Made by a program: the position numbers and the translations under genes. From positions 77,364 through 141,363 of the forward strand of contig JBDOIT010000006.1 of assembly GCA_047404135.1 (NCBI GenBank): a DNA stretch of 64,000 nt, given 5' to 3'. Source of the stretch: Rickettsiales bacterium. Its GTDB lineage: Bacteria; Pseudomonadota; Alphaproteobacteria; Rickettsiales; JABSSG01. This document shows, in pieces, positions 10,266 through 20,561 of this stretch (its first letter is position 1; each line of letters starts with the position of its first letter). Below the pieces are notes generated by a model that did no database searches, was not told where the DNA came from, and saw nothing but the letters and a program-made list of their open reading frames with translations.

Positions 10266-11396
10266 TTATGCTTTTGTTTTTACGCCCACAGGGCCGTCAA
10301 CCTCTATAGTCCTTGTTGGGAACGCAATAGAAGCTTTATGCTTTGTAATAATATCTGAAACCTTAATCATTACATCTTGTCTAACTTCGTAAAACTTGAC
10401 CCAATTTCTTGTGTATGTAAACGCGTATATTAAAAAATTCACAGAACTCTCTGCAAATTCTTCAAAATTCACAATCAGAGTGATATCAGTATCAATTTCC
10501 GAATGCGCTATTAACATGTTTCTAATGTCATCTGTTATCTTTTGCAAGACCTTTATATCTTTATATCTCACTCCCACCACAGCTCTAATCCTCCTGTGAG
10601 TCATCCTCGATGGGTTTTCAATAGATATATGAGTAAATATTGAGTTTGGCACGTAAAGAGGCCTTTTATCAAAAGTCCTGATTTTAGTCATCCTCCACCC
10701 AATTCTTTCAACTGTTCCTTCTATATTCTGGTCTGGGGATCTAATCCAATCTCCTACAGCAAAAGGTTTATCAGAATATATTATGATTGTACCGAAAAAG
10801 TTAGACAATAGATCTTTCGCTGCAAAAGCAATGGAAACACCACCAACACCAGCAAATGCAAGTATACCCCTGACGTCTACACCAGCAATATCCATAATTA
10901 CAACACCGGATACAATGATCACCATAACTTTCATCAATTTGATAAACGCATCTACACCCGTCAGATCCATAGGGTCCTTGGACTTCTTATTACGCAATAT
11001 AAATCTCTCCTCGCAAGCATTTGCATATTTAATGCAGAACCACATCACACACATTGTAATCCCTGCTGCTCTAAAAGATTTTATAACATCCAGCTCCTTG
11101 TTCTGATGTACAAAATCAACTATCCCAAGAGCAGTGGTAATTCCAGCGATAAGAATTAATATCACTAGCGGGCCCAAAGCGGATTTAATTAATATGTCAT
11201 CCCAAAAGATATTTGTTTTTTCAAGTCTTCGTAAAATCCTACGCAAGAATAGTCGAACAATATAAGCAAAGAAAACAGCAACAGACACCACTATAGCTGC
11301 TTCAAGTACCATCTCTGCTTCATATAAAGTTTTAGCGTTTACACTGTCTTTAATATAGCTGGCAACCTTGTACCATATAGTGTTCACATCAAGCAT
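10266..11396 (-). CDS. mechanosensitive ion channel (MscS family)
   Basis: 376 aa. N-terminal TM helices then the MscS beta-domain signature PFAVGDWI...IEGTVERIGWRMTKIRTFDKRPLYVPNS. Confidence 0.85.
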   Translation of the reverse strand: MLDVNTIWYKVASYIKDSVNAKTLYEAEMVLEAAIVVSVAVFFAYIVRLFLRRILRRLEKTNIFWDDILIKSALGPLVILILIAGITTALGIVDFVHQNKELDVIKSFRAAGITMCVMWFCIKYANACEERFILRNKKSKDPMDLTGVDAFIKLMKVMVIIVSGVVIMDIAGVDVRGILAFAGVGGVSIAFAAKDLLSNFFGTIIIYSDKPFAVGDWIRSPDQNIEGTVERIGWRMTKIRTFDKRPLYVPNSIFTHISIENPSRMTHRRIRAVVGVRYKDIKVLQKITDDIRNMLIAHSEIDTDITLIVNFEEFAESSVNFLIYAFTYTRNWVKFYEVRQDVMIKVSDIITKHKASIAFPTRTIEVDGPVGVKTKA

Positions 11397-12339
11397 ACTC
11401 GAAGTCCTTCTGGTAAATTAACATGATATCCTTAAGCATCTTTAATGCTTCTGCCCTAGGTCTTTGGAATGTATTTCTACCGATAATAGAACCATTACCC
11501 CCTGCTTTATGTATTGCTTCTATTTCCGAGTATAGCCCCATTAAATCTTTACTTGCCCCACCAGAGAACACAACCAATCTCTTGCCCGCAAAACATGCTT
11601 GCTTCACATGCGCTACTAGCGCAGATAGATCATCTTTTGTTACAGGGCATTTTTTATATACCGCAGCAGCTTCTTTTTGCTCTATATGGCTAGTTGGTAA
11701 CTTCACTTTTACAATATGGGCTCCTAGTAAGCATGCCATATGTGCTGCGTATGCACACACATCTAGGGCTGTCTCTCCTTCTTTCGAGAGATCGCCACCT
11801 CTTGGATAAGACCAAATTACAACTGCCAAGCCGTTTGCTTTTGCCTCCTCTGAGATCTCACGAATTTCTTCCATCATACTGTTTATATTGTCTGATCCAG
11901 GATAGATGGTAAATCCAACTGCAGAACACCCAAGTCTTACTGCATCAGAAACAGAAGCAGTTATCGCTTGATCTGGTTGGGTGCTTTTTCCATGTAGAGA
12001 GTTAGAGCTATTCATTTTTAATATTGTAGGAATCTGACCAGCGAATTGATCAGCACCAGCTTCTAGCATTCCCAAAGGGGCAGCATATGCGCTCAAGCCA
12101 GCTTCTACTGCAAGTGAGTAATGATAGACAGGGTCATAAGCTTCAGGATTCACAGCAAAACTTCTAGCCGGGCCATGCTCAAACCCTTGGTCCACAGGAA
12201 GAATTAACATACGACCTGTTCCACTTAATTCTCCATGCATCAAGATACGGCATAAATTTGCCTTTGTACCTGGGTTATCACTTTCATAATTTGATAGAAT
12301 GTCTTTTACTGCGCTCGTTATTTTCATGTTATTTCTCAC
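11389..12339 (-). CDS. class I fructose-bisphosphate aldolase (DhnA/FbaB, archaeal-type)
   Basis: 316 aa. LILPVDQGFEHGP, VKVK (Schiff-base Lys region), SGG...GRN segments typical of the DeoC/FbaB superfamily. Confidence 0.75.
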   Translation of the reverse strand: MRNNMKITSAVKDILSNYESDNPGTKANLCRILMHGELSGTGRMLILPVDQGFEHGPARSFAVNPEAYDPVYHYSLAVEAGLSAYAAPLGMLEAGADQFAGQIPTILKMNSSNSLHGKSTQPDQAITASVSDAVRLGCSAVGFTIYPGSDNINSMMEEIREISEEAKANGLAVVIWSYPRGGDLSKEGETALDVCAYAAHMACLLGAHIVKVKLPTSHIEQKEAAAVYKKCPVTKDDLSALVAHVKQACFAGKRLVVFSGGASKDLMGLYSEIEAIHKAGGNGSIIGRNTFQRPRAEALKMLKDIMLIYQKDFEYA

Positions 12340-12805
12340 TATAAATTTTCTTTACTTCATCTAATACATCTAGTACATGTCCCTTCACGGAAACCTTGTT
12401 CCAAGCTTTTCTTAATACTCCTTCCCCATCTATTATAAACGTAGAACGTTTAATGCCAAAATATTTTCTCCCATACATATTTTTTTCTACCCATACTCCA
12501 TAATTCTCGCAAGTTTTTCCCTCATGATCTGATGCCAGAATAAACGGAAGCCCATATTTGTTCTTAAATTTCTCATGACTTTTTAGACTATCCTTAGACA
12601 CTCCAATAATTATAGCATTCAGTTTTTCAAATTCTGAAAAATGCTCTTTAAAATCATTTGCCTCAACGGTACATCCAGGTGTGTCGTCTTTGGGATAGAA
12701 ATAAAGAATTATATTCTTACCTTGGAATCCCTCCAAGCTTATAGGCTCCTCGCCCTCAATTATTAAGCCAACTTCTTTTGCTTTCTCCCCTGACACTAAC
12801 GTCAT
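12329..12805 (-). CDS. bcp: thioredoxin-dependent peroxiredoxin Bcp
   Basis: 158 aa. Peroxidatic Cys motif YPKDDTPGCTVEA. Confidence 0.9.
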   Translation of the reverse strand: MTLVSGEKAKEVGLIIEGEEPISLEGFQGKNIILYFYPKDDTPGCTVEANDFKEHFSEFEKLNAIIIGVSKDSLKSHEKFKNKYGLPFILASDHEGKTCENYGVWVEKNMYGRKYFGIKRSTFIIDGEGVLRKAWNKVSVKGHVLDVLDEVKKIYSEK

Positions 12806-12926
12806 ATACAGTTCTTTATTTTACTTCCGACTAGGTTATAACATCTTAAGAAAATATATTCAAGGTTGAGAATATCTACCAAAGATAATATGCTACTGTA
12901 TAGAATTGCTCTTAATAGAATGAGAA

Positions 12927-14348
12927 ATGACTGAAAACCACCAAAACACCCTGTCATTATTCGAATACAGGGAAAAGACTCCTCCTGAATATACTGTCAC
13001 GGAAGTATCTAACATTATAAAAAGAGCCGTAGAGGATAATTTTGAATTTGTTAGAATACGAGGCGAGATATCTGGATTAAAAGTCGCACCTTCTGGCCAT
13101 GTATATTTTTCACTTAAAGATAAAGGAGCAGTGTTATCTGCTGTTTGCTGGAAGGGGGTGGCTTCTTCTTTGAAGCATAGACCGGAAGAAGGGCTGGAAG
13201 TTATTTGCACAGGTTCTGTGACCACATATCCTGGACAGTCAAAATACCAAATGATGATCAAATCTATTTCCCCTGCTGGGATTGGAGCCTTGATGGCGCT
13301 ACTAGAAAAAAGAAAGCAGCAATTTGAAAAAGAAGGACTATTTGATAAATCCCACAAAAAAACAATTCCACTGCTGCCACAAAGAATTGCAGTGATTACA
13401 TCTCCAACCGGTGCAGTTATTCAAGACATACTTCACAGGATAGAGGATAGATATCCATGCCCTGTTTTAGTATGGCCTGTACTTGTACAAGGAGAGCAAT
13501 CTGCACAACAAATCGCGAAGGCAATATATGGGTGCAATAATTTAGAAGACCCAGATCTAAAGCCAGATGTAATAATAGTGGCACGAGGCGGCGGATCCTT
13601 AGAAGATCTCTGGTCTTTCAACGAAGAAATAGTTGTAAGGGCTACTTTTAATTCAGAAATTCCTATCATTTCTGCCGTGGGACATGAAACGGACACCACA
13701 CTTATAGACTATGTTTCTGATATACGAGCACCAACACCAACAGCTGCTGCTGAATTTGCAGTCCCAGTAAAAAACGACTTAGCTTATACATTGAGAGAGT
13801 TGGGAAATAGATATGCTAATTCACTGAAAAATCACTACAATAATCTATATAACGAAGTCAAGGTATCCGGACAAACTTTACCTGACCTTGAATATTTAAC
13901 GTCTAACTATACTCAGAAGATAGATGATTTTGGATTTAGGCTATACGATGCATTTCCTAGATATCATGAAAACATGCGTCATCAGCTAAAATCCTATGCT
14001 GCAGGATTGAAATCTCCTCAACATCATTTAGAGATAAAAGATCATAATCTAAACTTATCTTTTGGAGAGTTGAGAAATCTAGTTCGAGGATCTTTTAAAG
14101 ACAAAATATACCATCTTAAATATATTACAAAAGACCTATCTATTGATATAAGCGACAAGGAGACGTCTTTGCAGCATGTCAACCAACTTCTTGACTCTTA
14201 CCATTATAAAAATACTCTCAAAAGGGGCTTTGCGATAGTTAGAGACCAATGCAACAAAATAGTAAAATCCACAAAGAATCTAAATTCAAATAAGATCTCA
14301 ATAGAAGTAGCTGATGGGAAGAAAGAAATTCAAATAGCAGAAGATTGA
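12927..14348 (+). CDS. xseA: exodeoxyribonuclease VII large subunit
   Basis: 473 aa. N-terminal OB fold (VRIRGEISGLKVAPSGHVYFSLKD), ARGGGSLEDLW, GHETDTTL. Confidence 0.93.
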   Translation: MTENHQNTLSLFEYREKTPPEYTVTEVSNIIKRAVEDNFEFVRIRGEISGLKVAPSGHVYFSLKDKGAVLSAVCWKGVASSLKHRPEEGLEVICTGSVTTYPGQSKYQMMIKSISPAGIGALMALLEKRKQQFEKEGLFDKSHKKTIPLLPQRIAVITSPTGAVIQDILHRIEDRYPCPVLVWPVLVQGEQSAQQIAKAIYGCNNLEDPDLKPDVIIVARGGGSLEDLWSFNEEIVVRATFNSEIPIISAVGHETDTTLIDYVSDIRAPTPTAAAEFAVPVKNDLAYTLRELGNRYANSLKNHYNNLYNEVKVSGQTLPDLEYLTSNYTQKIDDFGFRLYDAFPRYHENMRHQLKSYAAGLKSPQHHLEIKDHNLNLSFGELRNLVRGSFKDKIYHLKYITKDLSIDISDKETSLQHVNQLLDSYHYKNTLKRGFAIVRDQCNKIVKSTKNLNSNKISIEVADGKKEIQIAED

Positions 14349-14349
14349 A

Positions 14350-15066
14350 TTAAAGGACCTTTCTAAGGAACTCCTTTACTCTCTCAGATTTTGATGAAGA
14401 AAAGAATTTTTTAGTAGGCAAATCTTCTATTACTCTTCCCTTATCGAAAAATATAATTCTATCTGCTACTTCTTTTGCAAACTTTATCTCATGAGTTACG
14501 ATTAACATTGTCATCTTTGTTTGCGTAAGGCCTTTGATAATATCAAGAACCTCAGAGACCATCTCTGGGTCTAATGCAGAAGTTGGCTCATCAAATAGCA
14601 TTATCGAAGGGCCCATAGCAAGCGCTCGAGCAATTGCCACACGCTGCTTCTCGCCACCAGAAATACTTGAAGGGTACCTACTCTCATACCCAGTCAGACC
14701 CACTCTTGTAAGAAATTTCTTTGCTGTATCTTCTGAATCTTTTTTACTCTTTCTCAAAACCTTTATCTGAGGGTAAGAGATATTCTGCAATACATTCATA
14801 TGGGGAAACAAATTAAAGCTCTGAAACACCATGCCAATTTTAGAACGTATTTGCTTTGCGCTTCTCGAGGTAAGTCGCTCAGAATTTATCTCTACTACAC
14901 CATCATCAGGGGATTCAATCATATTAATACATCTAAGAAATGTTGACTTACCACTGCCTGAAGGACCTATTACTGCAACCACCTCTCCTTCTTGAATAGT
15001 GACGCTAGAATCGTCTAAAACCTTACTATCTCCAAATGATTTAGAAATACTTTTAACCTTAATCAT
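14350..15066 (-). CDS. amino-acid ABC transporter ATP-binding protein (GlnQ-like)
   Basis: 238 aa. Walker A GPSGSGKST, signature ISGGEKQR, Walker B MLFDEPTSALD. Confidence 0.9.
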   Translation of the reverse strand: MIKVKSISKSFGDSKVLDDSSVTIQEGEVVAVIGPSGSGKSTFLRCINMIESPDDGVVEINSERLTSRSAKQIRSKIGMVFQSFNLFPHMNVLQNISYPQIKVLRKSKKDSEDTAKKFLTRVGLTGYESRYPSSISGGEKQRVAIARALAMGPSIMLFDEPTSALDPEMVSEVLDIIKGLTQTKMTMLIVTHEIKFAKEVADRIIFFDKGRVIEDLPTKKFFSSSKSERVKEFLRKVL

Positions 15067-15710
15067 TTCAACTGCACCTTATTTTCTACAATTTTTGCAA
15101 ATGTACTAAAGATCAGCACTAATATATAATAACAACACGCTGCCGTAATAAGTGGCGCCAAATAGTCATAACTTTCCTCCGAAACTGTTTGCGCTCTGCG
15201 CATAATATCGACTCCACCTATTACGGAAATAATTGCAGTTTCCTTCAAAAGGTTCACAGCTTCGTTCACAAGAGAAGGTAAAATATTCCTCAATGCCTGA
15301 GGCATAATTACTCCTCTCATCATATCATAATAGCTCAATGACAATGCCTTGGAAGCCTCAAATTGCCCCTTATCTACAGAGTTAATTCCAGATCTTATAA
15401 TCTCAGACACATAGGCTGCAGAGTTTAAAGAGAATGCTGCTATACCAGATTCAAATACCGTAATGTTATATCCAAATGATGGCACAACAAAATATATCAA
15501 ACTCAACTGTACCAGAAGAGGTGTGCCACGAAAAACTGATGTGTAAATAGACGCAAAAATCTTTAGAGCTTTAATATGACTAATGCGACATAATGAAATC
15601 ATAGAGCCTACAATAGCCCCAAGAATAAGAGCGATCAGAGTATATTGAAGAGTAACTCCAATTCCCTCGATTATATATAATGTTGATGTATTTAAAAAAT
15701 TTATATCCAT
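15063..15710 (-). CDS. amino-acid ABC transporter permease (His/Glu/Gln/Arg family)
   Basis: 215 aa. 4-nt overlap with the ATPase. EAA-like loop EASKALSLSYYDMMRGVIMPQALR. Confidence 0.88.
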   Translation of the reverse strand: MDINFLNTSTLYIIEGIGVTLQYTLIALILGAIVGSMISLCRISHIKALKIFASIYTSVFRGTPLLVQLSLIYFVVPSFGYNITVFESGIAAFSLNSAAYVSEIIRSGINSVDKGQFEASKALSLSYYDMMRGVIMPQALRNILPSLVNEAVNLLKETAIISVIGGVDIMRRAQTVSEESYDYLAPLITAACCYYILVLIFSTFAKIVENKVQLK

Positions 15711-15716
15711 TCTATA

Positions 15717-16466
15717 CTAAAAAAGCCATTTTTTCTTTAGTTCCTCTAATTCACCTGAAGCTCTCATGCCCACAAGCACCTCATCAAACTCATATTTTAA
15801 CTTAGAACCTTTCCTAAAAGCTATTGAATAACCGTATTCGTGGCTTGGGTAAATATAGTAATCAAAAAGCTCATTCTTGCTTGACAATGCCTTTGCCTGG
15901 GCTTCCTCCAGAAGAACACCATCTAATCTACCTAGTTTCAAATCCTGAATCATTGGCATAGTCCTTGGTAAGGATACTATTTTAAATTTATCTTTTTTAG
16001 AGCATTCCTTCAAAAACAATTCCATTGTAGATCCAGACTGCACACCTATGGATTTATTATTTAGGTTATTTATCTCAGGAACTGCATTGTTTTTTCTAAA
16101 TAGCATAGAAAAGTTAGGATTATAATAAGATACAGAAAAATCCACATCCTCGCTTCGCTCTGGGGTGGCAGTCACAGCAGAAACAATAGCATCTATACGA
16201 CCAGTTTTTAACGCAGGAACTAAACCATGAAAAGTGATATCTCTAAAATTCACGCTATATCCCGCCTGCTCTGCAACTTTTTTTAGCAAATCCACGTCAA
16301 AACCTTTAATCTTTTTATCTTGTATAAATTCAAATGGAGGGAAATCTGCACTCGTTCCAATAATAAGGTTTTTTTTACCCACCTCAACCTCCTCCGTAGA
16401 ATTATCACAAGAAGATATAAGTAAAAACACTAATATAGAAAATAATAGTAGTATATTTTTTCGCAT
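15717..16466 (-). CDS. amino-acid ABC transporter substrate-binding lipoprotein
   Basis: 249 aa. Signal peptide with lipobox LISSC. SBP_bac_3-like GTSADFPPFEF. Confidence 0.85.
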   Translation of the reverse strand: MRKNILLLFSILVFLLISSCDNSTEEVEVGKKNLIIGTSADFPPFEFIQDKKIKGFDVDLLKKVAEQAGYSVNFRDITFHGLVPALKTGRIDAIVSAVTATPERSEDVDFSVSYYNPNFSMLFRKNNAVPEINNLNNKSIGVQSGSTMELFLKECSKKDKFKIVSLPRTMPMIQDLKLGRLDGVLLEEAQAKALSSKNELFDYYIYPSHEYGYSIAFRKGSKLKYEFDEVLVGMRASGELEELKKKWLF

Positions 16467-16536
16467 AAATTACCGTGCAAAACAATGTAAGCTTGAACTT
16501 TCGGATTATATATTAGCACTAATAAAAAAGCAAAAT

Positions 16537-17826
16537 CTAATTCTTATTCGCAATTAGAAAGTCTGAAACAAGAAATATGGACCCCGTAACCACAACTCTT
16601 TTAGAAAGATTTGGAGAATCTTTTTCTATCATTGCCAATGCATTCTCTACAGAGGTAGACACAGAGCATTTATTCATAAATTTTTCTAATGTAATCAAAG
16701 GAGGAATATCCTTTCCTCTATATGCCATAGGCTCAGAATGTATATCTGTACAAATGATTTTTTTAACATCGCACTCTATCAATGAAAGGAAGGCATTCAC
16801 ATCCCGGTTTCTTGTCATGGAGAATATCAGATAATTATCCATGGGATCCTGATCATCAAGCCATGAATTCAGAACCCTTGCACCTGCAGGATTATGGGCA
16901 GATTCCAACCAAATGTCACATTTTGGAAAGCGTCTTTTAATAACGCCATCTTTCACTCTTTGAAGTCTGCCCTTCCAACTCGCATGAGATATACCCTTCT
17001 GTACAATTGCCCTGCTTATTTTATCACCATAAACACTGCGCAACGTTGCTATTGCTGTTGCTGTATTTATATATTGATGCCCACCAGGAAGAGATACACC
17101 TTCAATATCTACTGAAAAATCTTTGGATTTATATTGGACTGCACCATCATTCTGAGTAATGCCAAAATCATATTCATATTGAACCAAAGGAACGCTTAAC
17201 CCACAAGACATTCTTTCTATTGCATTGAGTGTTTCATCTTTTTGCATACTAACTATACAGTTAGAATTTTTTCTTAGAATCCCACATTTCTCTATTGCTA
17301 TTTTTGTGAGAGTATCACCAAGGACATTTGTATGATCGTAAGAAATTGGAGTGATAACAGATGCTAATTTCTCTTCTATTATATTGGTTGCATCTAGCCT
17401 CCCTCCTAAGCCCACCTCGAGAAGAGTTACATCTGCCTCTACTCTAGAAAAAACTACAAAAGCTGCCGCCGTTATCCCCTCAAAGAATGAAACCTGTATG
17501 TTCTTCTTAGAGGAAATGCACCTAATTTCTTCCAAAGTGTTATATAAGACATCATCCTGTATCTCCCTACCAGCAATAACTATTCTCTCGTTAAATCTTT
17601 CCAAATGTGGAGAAGTGAGAACATGAACTTTCATCCCTGCAGACTCAAGAATAGACCTCATTAAAGCTGTCGTTGAACCCTTTCCATTTGTTCCTGTAAT
17701 ATGAATGACCGGAGGTATGTTTTTTTCTGGATTCCCAAGAGCTTCCATTAAAGCAATCATACGGTCTAGACCGAGTTTCATAGATGACATCTCACCTATC
17801 TTAGGCCAATGAGGTAACCAAACCAT
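16537..17826 (-). CDS. folC: bifunctional folylpolyglutamate synthase / dihydrofolate synthase
   Basis: 429 aa. Mur-ligase-type P-loop HITGTNGKGST. Last gene of the fol operon. Confidence 0.9.
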   Translation of the reverse strand: MVWLPHWPKIGEMSSMKLGLDRMIALMEALGNPEKNIPPVIHITGTNGKGSTTALMRSILESAGMKVHVLTSPHLERFNERIVIAGREIQDDVLYNTLEEIRCISSKKNIQVSFFEGITAAAFVVFSRVEADVTLLEVGLGGRLDATNIIEEKLASVITPISYDHTNVLGDTLTKIAIEKCGILRKNSNCIVSMQKDETLNAIERMSCGLSVPLVQYEYDFGITQNDGAVQYKSKDFSVDIEGVSLPGGHQYINTATAIATLRSVYGDKISRAIVQKGISHASWKGRLQRVKDGVIKRRFPKCDIWLESAHNPAGARVLNSWLDDQDPMDNYLIFSMTRNRDVNAFLSLIECDVKKIICTDIHSEPMAYRGKDIPPLITLEKFMNKCSVSTSVENALAMIEKDSPNLSKRVVVTGSIFLVSDFLIANKN

Positions 17827-18631
17827 CTATCCCTTCCTTTAGTTTCTTATCTAACTTCATAACGCGCATTCCAGCACCAACATCATGCAACCTCAGATAA
17901 TGCACTCCTGCATTTGCAAGATAAGATGTCAGAAGATGTGTTTCTGGGTCTCTCTTAGAGGGTTCCTTCTCACCAAATTTAGCCAAAAAGGATTTTCTAG
18001 AATGCCCGACTAAAACCCTTAAACCAAAAGACATGAATTCTTTAATTTGCTTTATGATCTCCATTGATTGCTCTGGTGAAGGACCGAATCCCAACCCTAC
18101 ATCTAATATTAATTGATCTTTTACAAACCCCTCTGAATATAACCCATGGAGCTTCTGGTCAAACCATTTTTTTAGATACCCTACCACATCTGTCTCCTGA
18201 ATAAAACTCCCCTTAATCGCCGGAACATGCAAGCTATGCATCAAGACTGCCGTCTTATTATGAGATAGTGCCAACTCTCTAACTCTCTTATCTGCTAGAC
18301 CAGTAACATCATTAATAATATCTATATCATCTATATAATGCTTTATCGTTTCATAATTGCGGCTATCCAAGCTTAGCTTAACATCCGTACCAGTGATGAT
18401 CTCTCGTATAGCAGGAATCACACTTAAACGATTTATTTCTTCTTGTGTGTCTACTGAATCGCTACCAGGCCTTGTGGATTCACCACCTATATCAATCACA
18501 TCCACTCCTGACTTGAACATTTCCTCAATATTTCTCAATGCAGTTTTATGATCTAGGTTTTTTCCGCCATCAGAGTAGGAATCTGGAGTAATATTTATTA
18601 TTCCAAAAATTTTAGATATTTTTGCTACCAT
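17801..18631 (-). CDS. folP: dihydropteroate synthase
   Basis: 276 aa. GIINITPDSYSDGG, DIGGESTRPG motifs. Confidence 0.93.
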   Translation of the reverse strand: MVAKISKIFGIINITPDSYSDGGKNLDHKTALRNIEEMFKSGVDVIDIGGESTRPGSDSVDTQEEINRLSVIPAIREIITGTDVKLSLDSRNYETIKHYIDDIDIINDVTGLADKRVRELALSHNKTAVLMHSLHVPAIKGSFIQETDVVGYLKKWFDQKLHGLYSEGFVKDQLILDVGLGFGPSPEQSMEIIKQIKEFMSFGLRVLVGHSRKSFLAKFGEKEPSKRDPETHLLTSYLANAGVHYLRLHDVGAGMRVMKLDKKLKEGIDGLVTSLA

Positions 18632-19109
18632 ATAATCTCTCCTTTATATCTTGAAAATTTCTATTATAAAAATACCCATGCCCAGAATACTTCATTTCTG
18701 GCACGATCTCAGACACCAACTCCACAAGAAATTCACGCTTCAACAACTCCGAATGAGGAATCGTAAGCTTATCCGTCGAAAGACATAAGTCTCCATATAG
18801 CAAAATATCTATATCAAGCTTTCTAGGCGCCCATGAAGTTTTAGCGCCTCCTATTATTTGTTCTACTTTAAACACCTCATCATATAGCGCATGAGCACCA
18901 AAATCAGTATCTCCTATTAAAAGACAATTTAAAAAATCCATATCCCATGATTTCGGAGATCCTTTTTTGAGCAAAGCTTTTGTATTAAGCATCCTAGAAA
19001 CTACAGTATTCTTTACTATCCCTTCATTATCCATTAACTTCAGAGCGTCACGAATATACAATTCACGATTTCCGATATTAGATCCAAGTGATAAGCATAC
19101 TCTAGCCAT
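18612..19109 (-). CDS. folK: 2-amino-4-hydroxy-6-hydroxymethyldihydropteridine pyrophosphokinase
   Basis: Track ORF extends to 19139. ATG at 19109 (MARVCLSLGSNIGNR...) matches the typical HPPK N-terminus and abuts the folB stop (19111). DIDILLY, IPH motifs. Confidence 0.88.
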   Translation of the reverse strand: MARVCLSLGSNIGNRELYIRDALKLMDNEGIVKNTVVSRMLNTKALLKKGSPKSWDMDFLNCLLIGDTDFGAHALYDEVFKVEQIIGGAKTSWAPRKLDIDILLYGDLCLSTDKLTIPHSELLKREFLVELVSEIVPEMKYSGHGYFYNRNFQDIKERLYGSKNI

Positions 19110-19110
19110 A

Positions 19111-19476
19111 TTATAAATCAGAATATTCTGCTCTAGCATTAAACCTTAAACCCTCATAAGCAAGGTTATTCTTCCGCACCTCCACAGAAACAAAAGTATC
19201 TTGAGAAACATTTTCTTTTATAAGTTTATGAAGTTGGTAACATAAATACTCTACTATTCTAAAAGAACGACTTGTACAATATTCTTCTACAAGCTTTGCT
19301 AACTTTGCGTAGCAATTGTACTTTGTGGAGTCATCATTCTTAAACATCGCAAGATTTTTTTGATATAATGTAAAAGATATTTTTATTCTTTGAGGTTTCG
19401 ATCTCTCGTCTTCAGAGATTCCGATTTTGGTATCTATGGTTAATTCATCTAAATGAGTTATCAAAAATTCTTTCAT
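19111..19476 (-). CDS. folB: dihydroneopterin aldolase
   Basis: 121 aa. IGISEDERSKPQRIKISFTL resembles the FolB core. Position is upstream of folK. Confidence 0.75.
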   Translation of the reverse strand: MKEFLITHLDELTIDTKIGISEDERSKPQRIKISFTLYQKNLAMFKNDDSTKYNCYAKLAKLVEEYCTSRSFRIVEYLCYQLHKLIKENVSQDTFVSVEVRKNNLAYEGLRFNARAEYSDL

Positions 19477-20498
19477 TGGTTTGAGGAATGAAGCCCCTCT
19501 TTTAAAGCTATTTCTGCCTGAGAAACTAATTCTTCTATAATGTCTACAGCAGATTGCTCTTGGTTAACCAGGCCCACACTCTGCCCGGCCATCACCGAGC
19601 CATTTTCTGTGTCCCCCTCAATCACAGCGCGTCTCAAAGCCCCTGCCCAAAATTTTTCAATTTCTAGCTGCGCCTCTAACTTTGATAGCGCACCATCTTT
19701 ATATTTTGAAATTGCCTCTTTTTGTACTTTCATGAAGTATGATGTCGCCTTGTTTGACAATGCACGAACAGGTATCACAGAAAATTCTGGGTCAACCTGA
19801 ATAGAAGTAACTGCATCACGAGCATTTGCTTTTATAAAGAAGTCTTTAAATTTCTTATGAGCTATAGATTCAGTTGCACATACGAATCTTGTGCCAAGCT
19901 GACATCCAGATGCCCCCATACGCAAATAATTGACAATCATTTCACCGCGGCCTATACCGCCCGCTATAAATACAGGTACCTCATGTATATGTGGCAATAT
20001 TTCTTGAGCTAACACCGCAGTAGAAACAGACCCAATATGACCACCAGCCTCCATCCCTTCAATAATCAAAGCATCAGCACCGAATTTTATCATCCTTTTG
20101 GCCAAAGAAAGAGTAGGCGCAAAACATAAAACTTTAATTCCAGAATCTTTGAATAAACTTATATAGCGAGCCTTAGGTAACCCTCCAGCAAGAACCACAT
20201 GAGTAACATTCTCCTCTATACAAACCTTTGATAGCTCCATAATCTCAGGATGCATAGTAATCAAATTTACCCCAAAAGGCTCTTGAGTTTTCCCTTTCGT
20301 AAGTCTGATTTCTTTTCTGAGCAAATCTTGCCCCATAGAGCCACAGGCTAAAACTCCAAAACCTCCGGCATTTGAGATAGCAGATACTAGATTATGCTCT
20401 GATACCCATGACATAGCACCAGCCATTATTGAGTATTTCGTACCCAAAAACTCTGTCCCTCTAGACCATAGGTTATCGATATTCTTCATATAACGCAC
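19473..20498 (-). CDS. NAD(P)H-dependent flavin oxidoreductase (nitronate monooxygenase / FabK-like)
   Basis: 341 aa. TIM-barrel FMN motifs IIEGMEAGGHIG, AGGIGRG, GCQLGTRF. Confidence 0.8.
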   Translation of the reverse strand: MRYMKNIDNLWSRGTEFLGTKYSIMAGAMSWVSEHNLVSAISNAGGFGVLACGSMGQDLLRKEIRLTKGKTQEPFGVNLITMHPEIMELSKVCIEENVTHVVLAGGLPKARYISLFKDSGIKVLCFAPTLSLAKRMIKFGADALIIEGMEAGGHIGSVSTAVLAQEILPHIHEVPVFIAGGIGRGEMIVNYLRMGASGCQLGTRFVCATESIAHKKFKDFFIKANARDAVTSIQVDPEFSVIPVRALSNKATSYFMKVQKEAISKYKDGALSKLEAQLEIEKFWAGALRRAVIEGDTENGSVMAGQSVGLVNQEQSAVDIIEELVSQAEIALKEGLHSSNQ

Positions 20499-20561
20499 AA
20501 AAATTATATTAGTGTTTTTACACTAAACATAAAGAGATTACTATAATAAAAAGAAATCCAC

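Noticed and set aside
12893-13357. 154-aa minus-strand ORF, plus many similar 60-135-aa ORFs antisense to long genes (e.g. 21367-21747, 51704-52111, 52143-52481, 55424-55801, 26315-26674, 11423-11809)
   Set aside because: Each is fully embedded antisense or out of frame in a well-supported conserved gene, has a Ser/Leu/Ile-rich low-complexity composition, and has no start context. These are typical shadow ORFs of AT-rich genomes.
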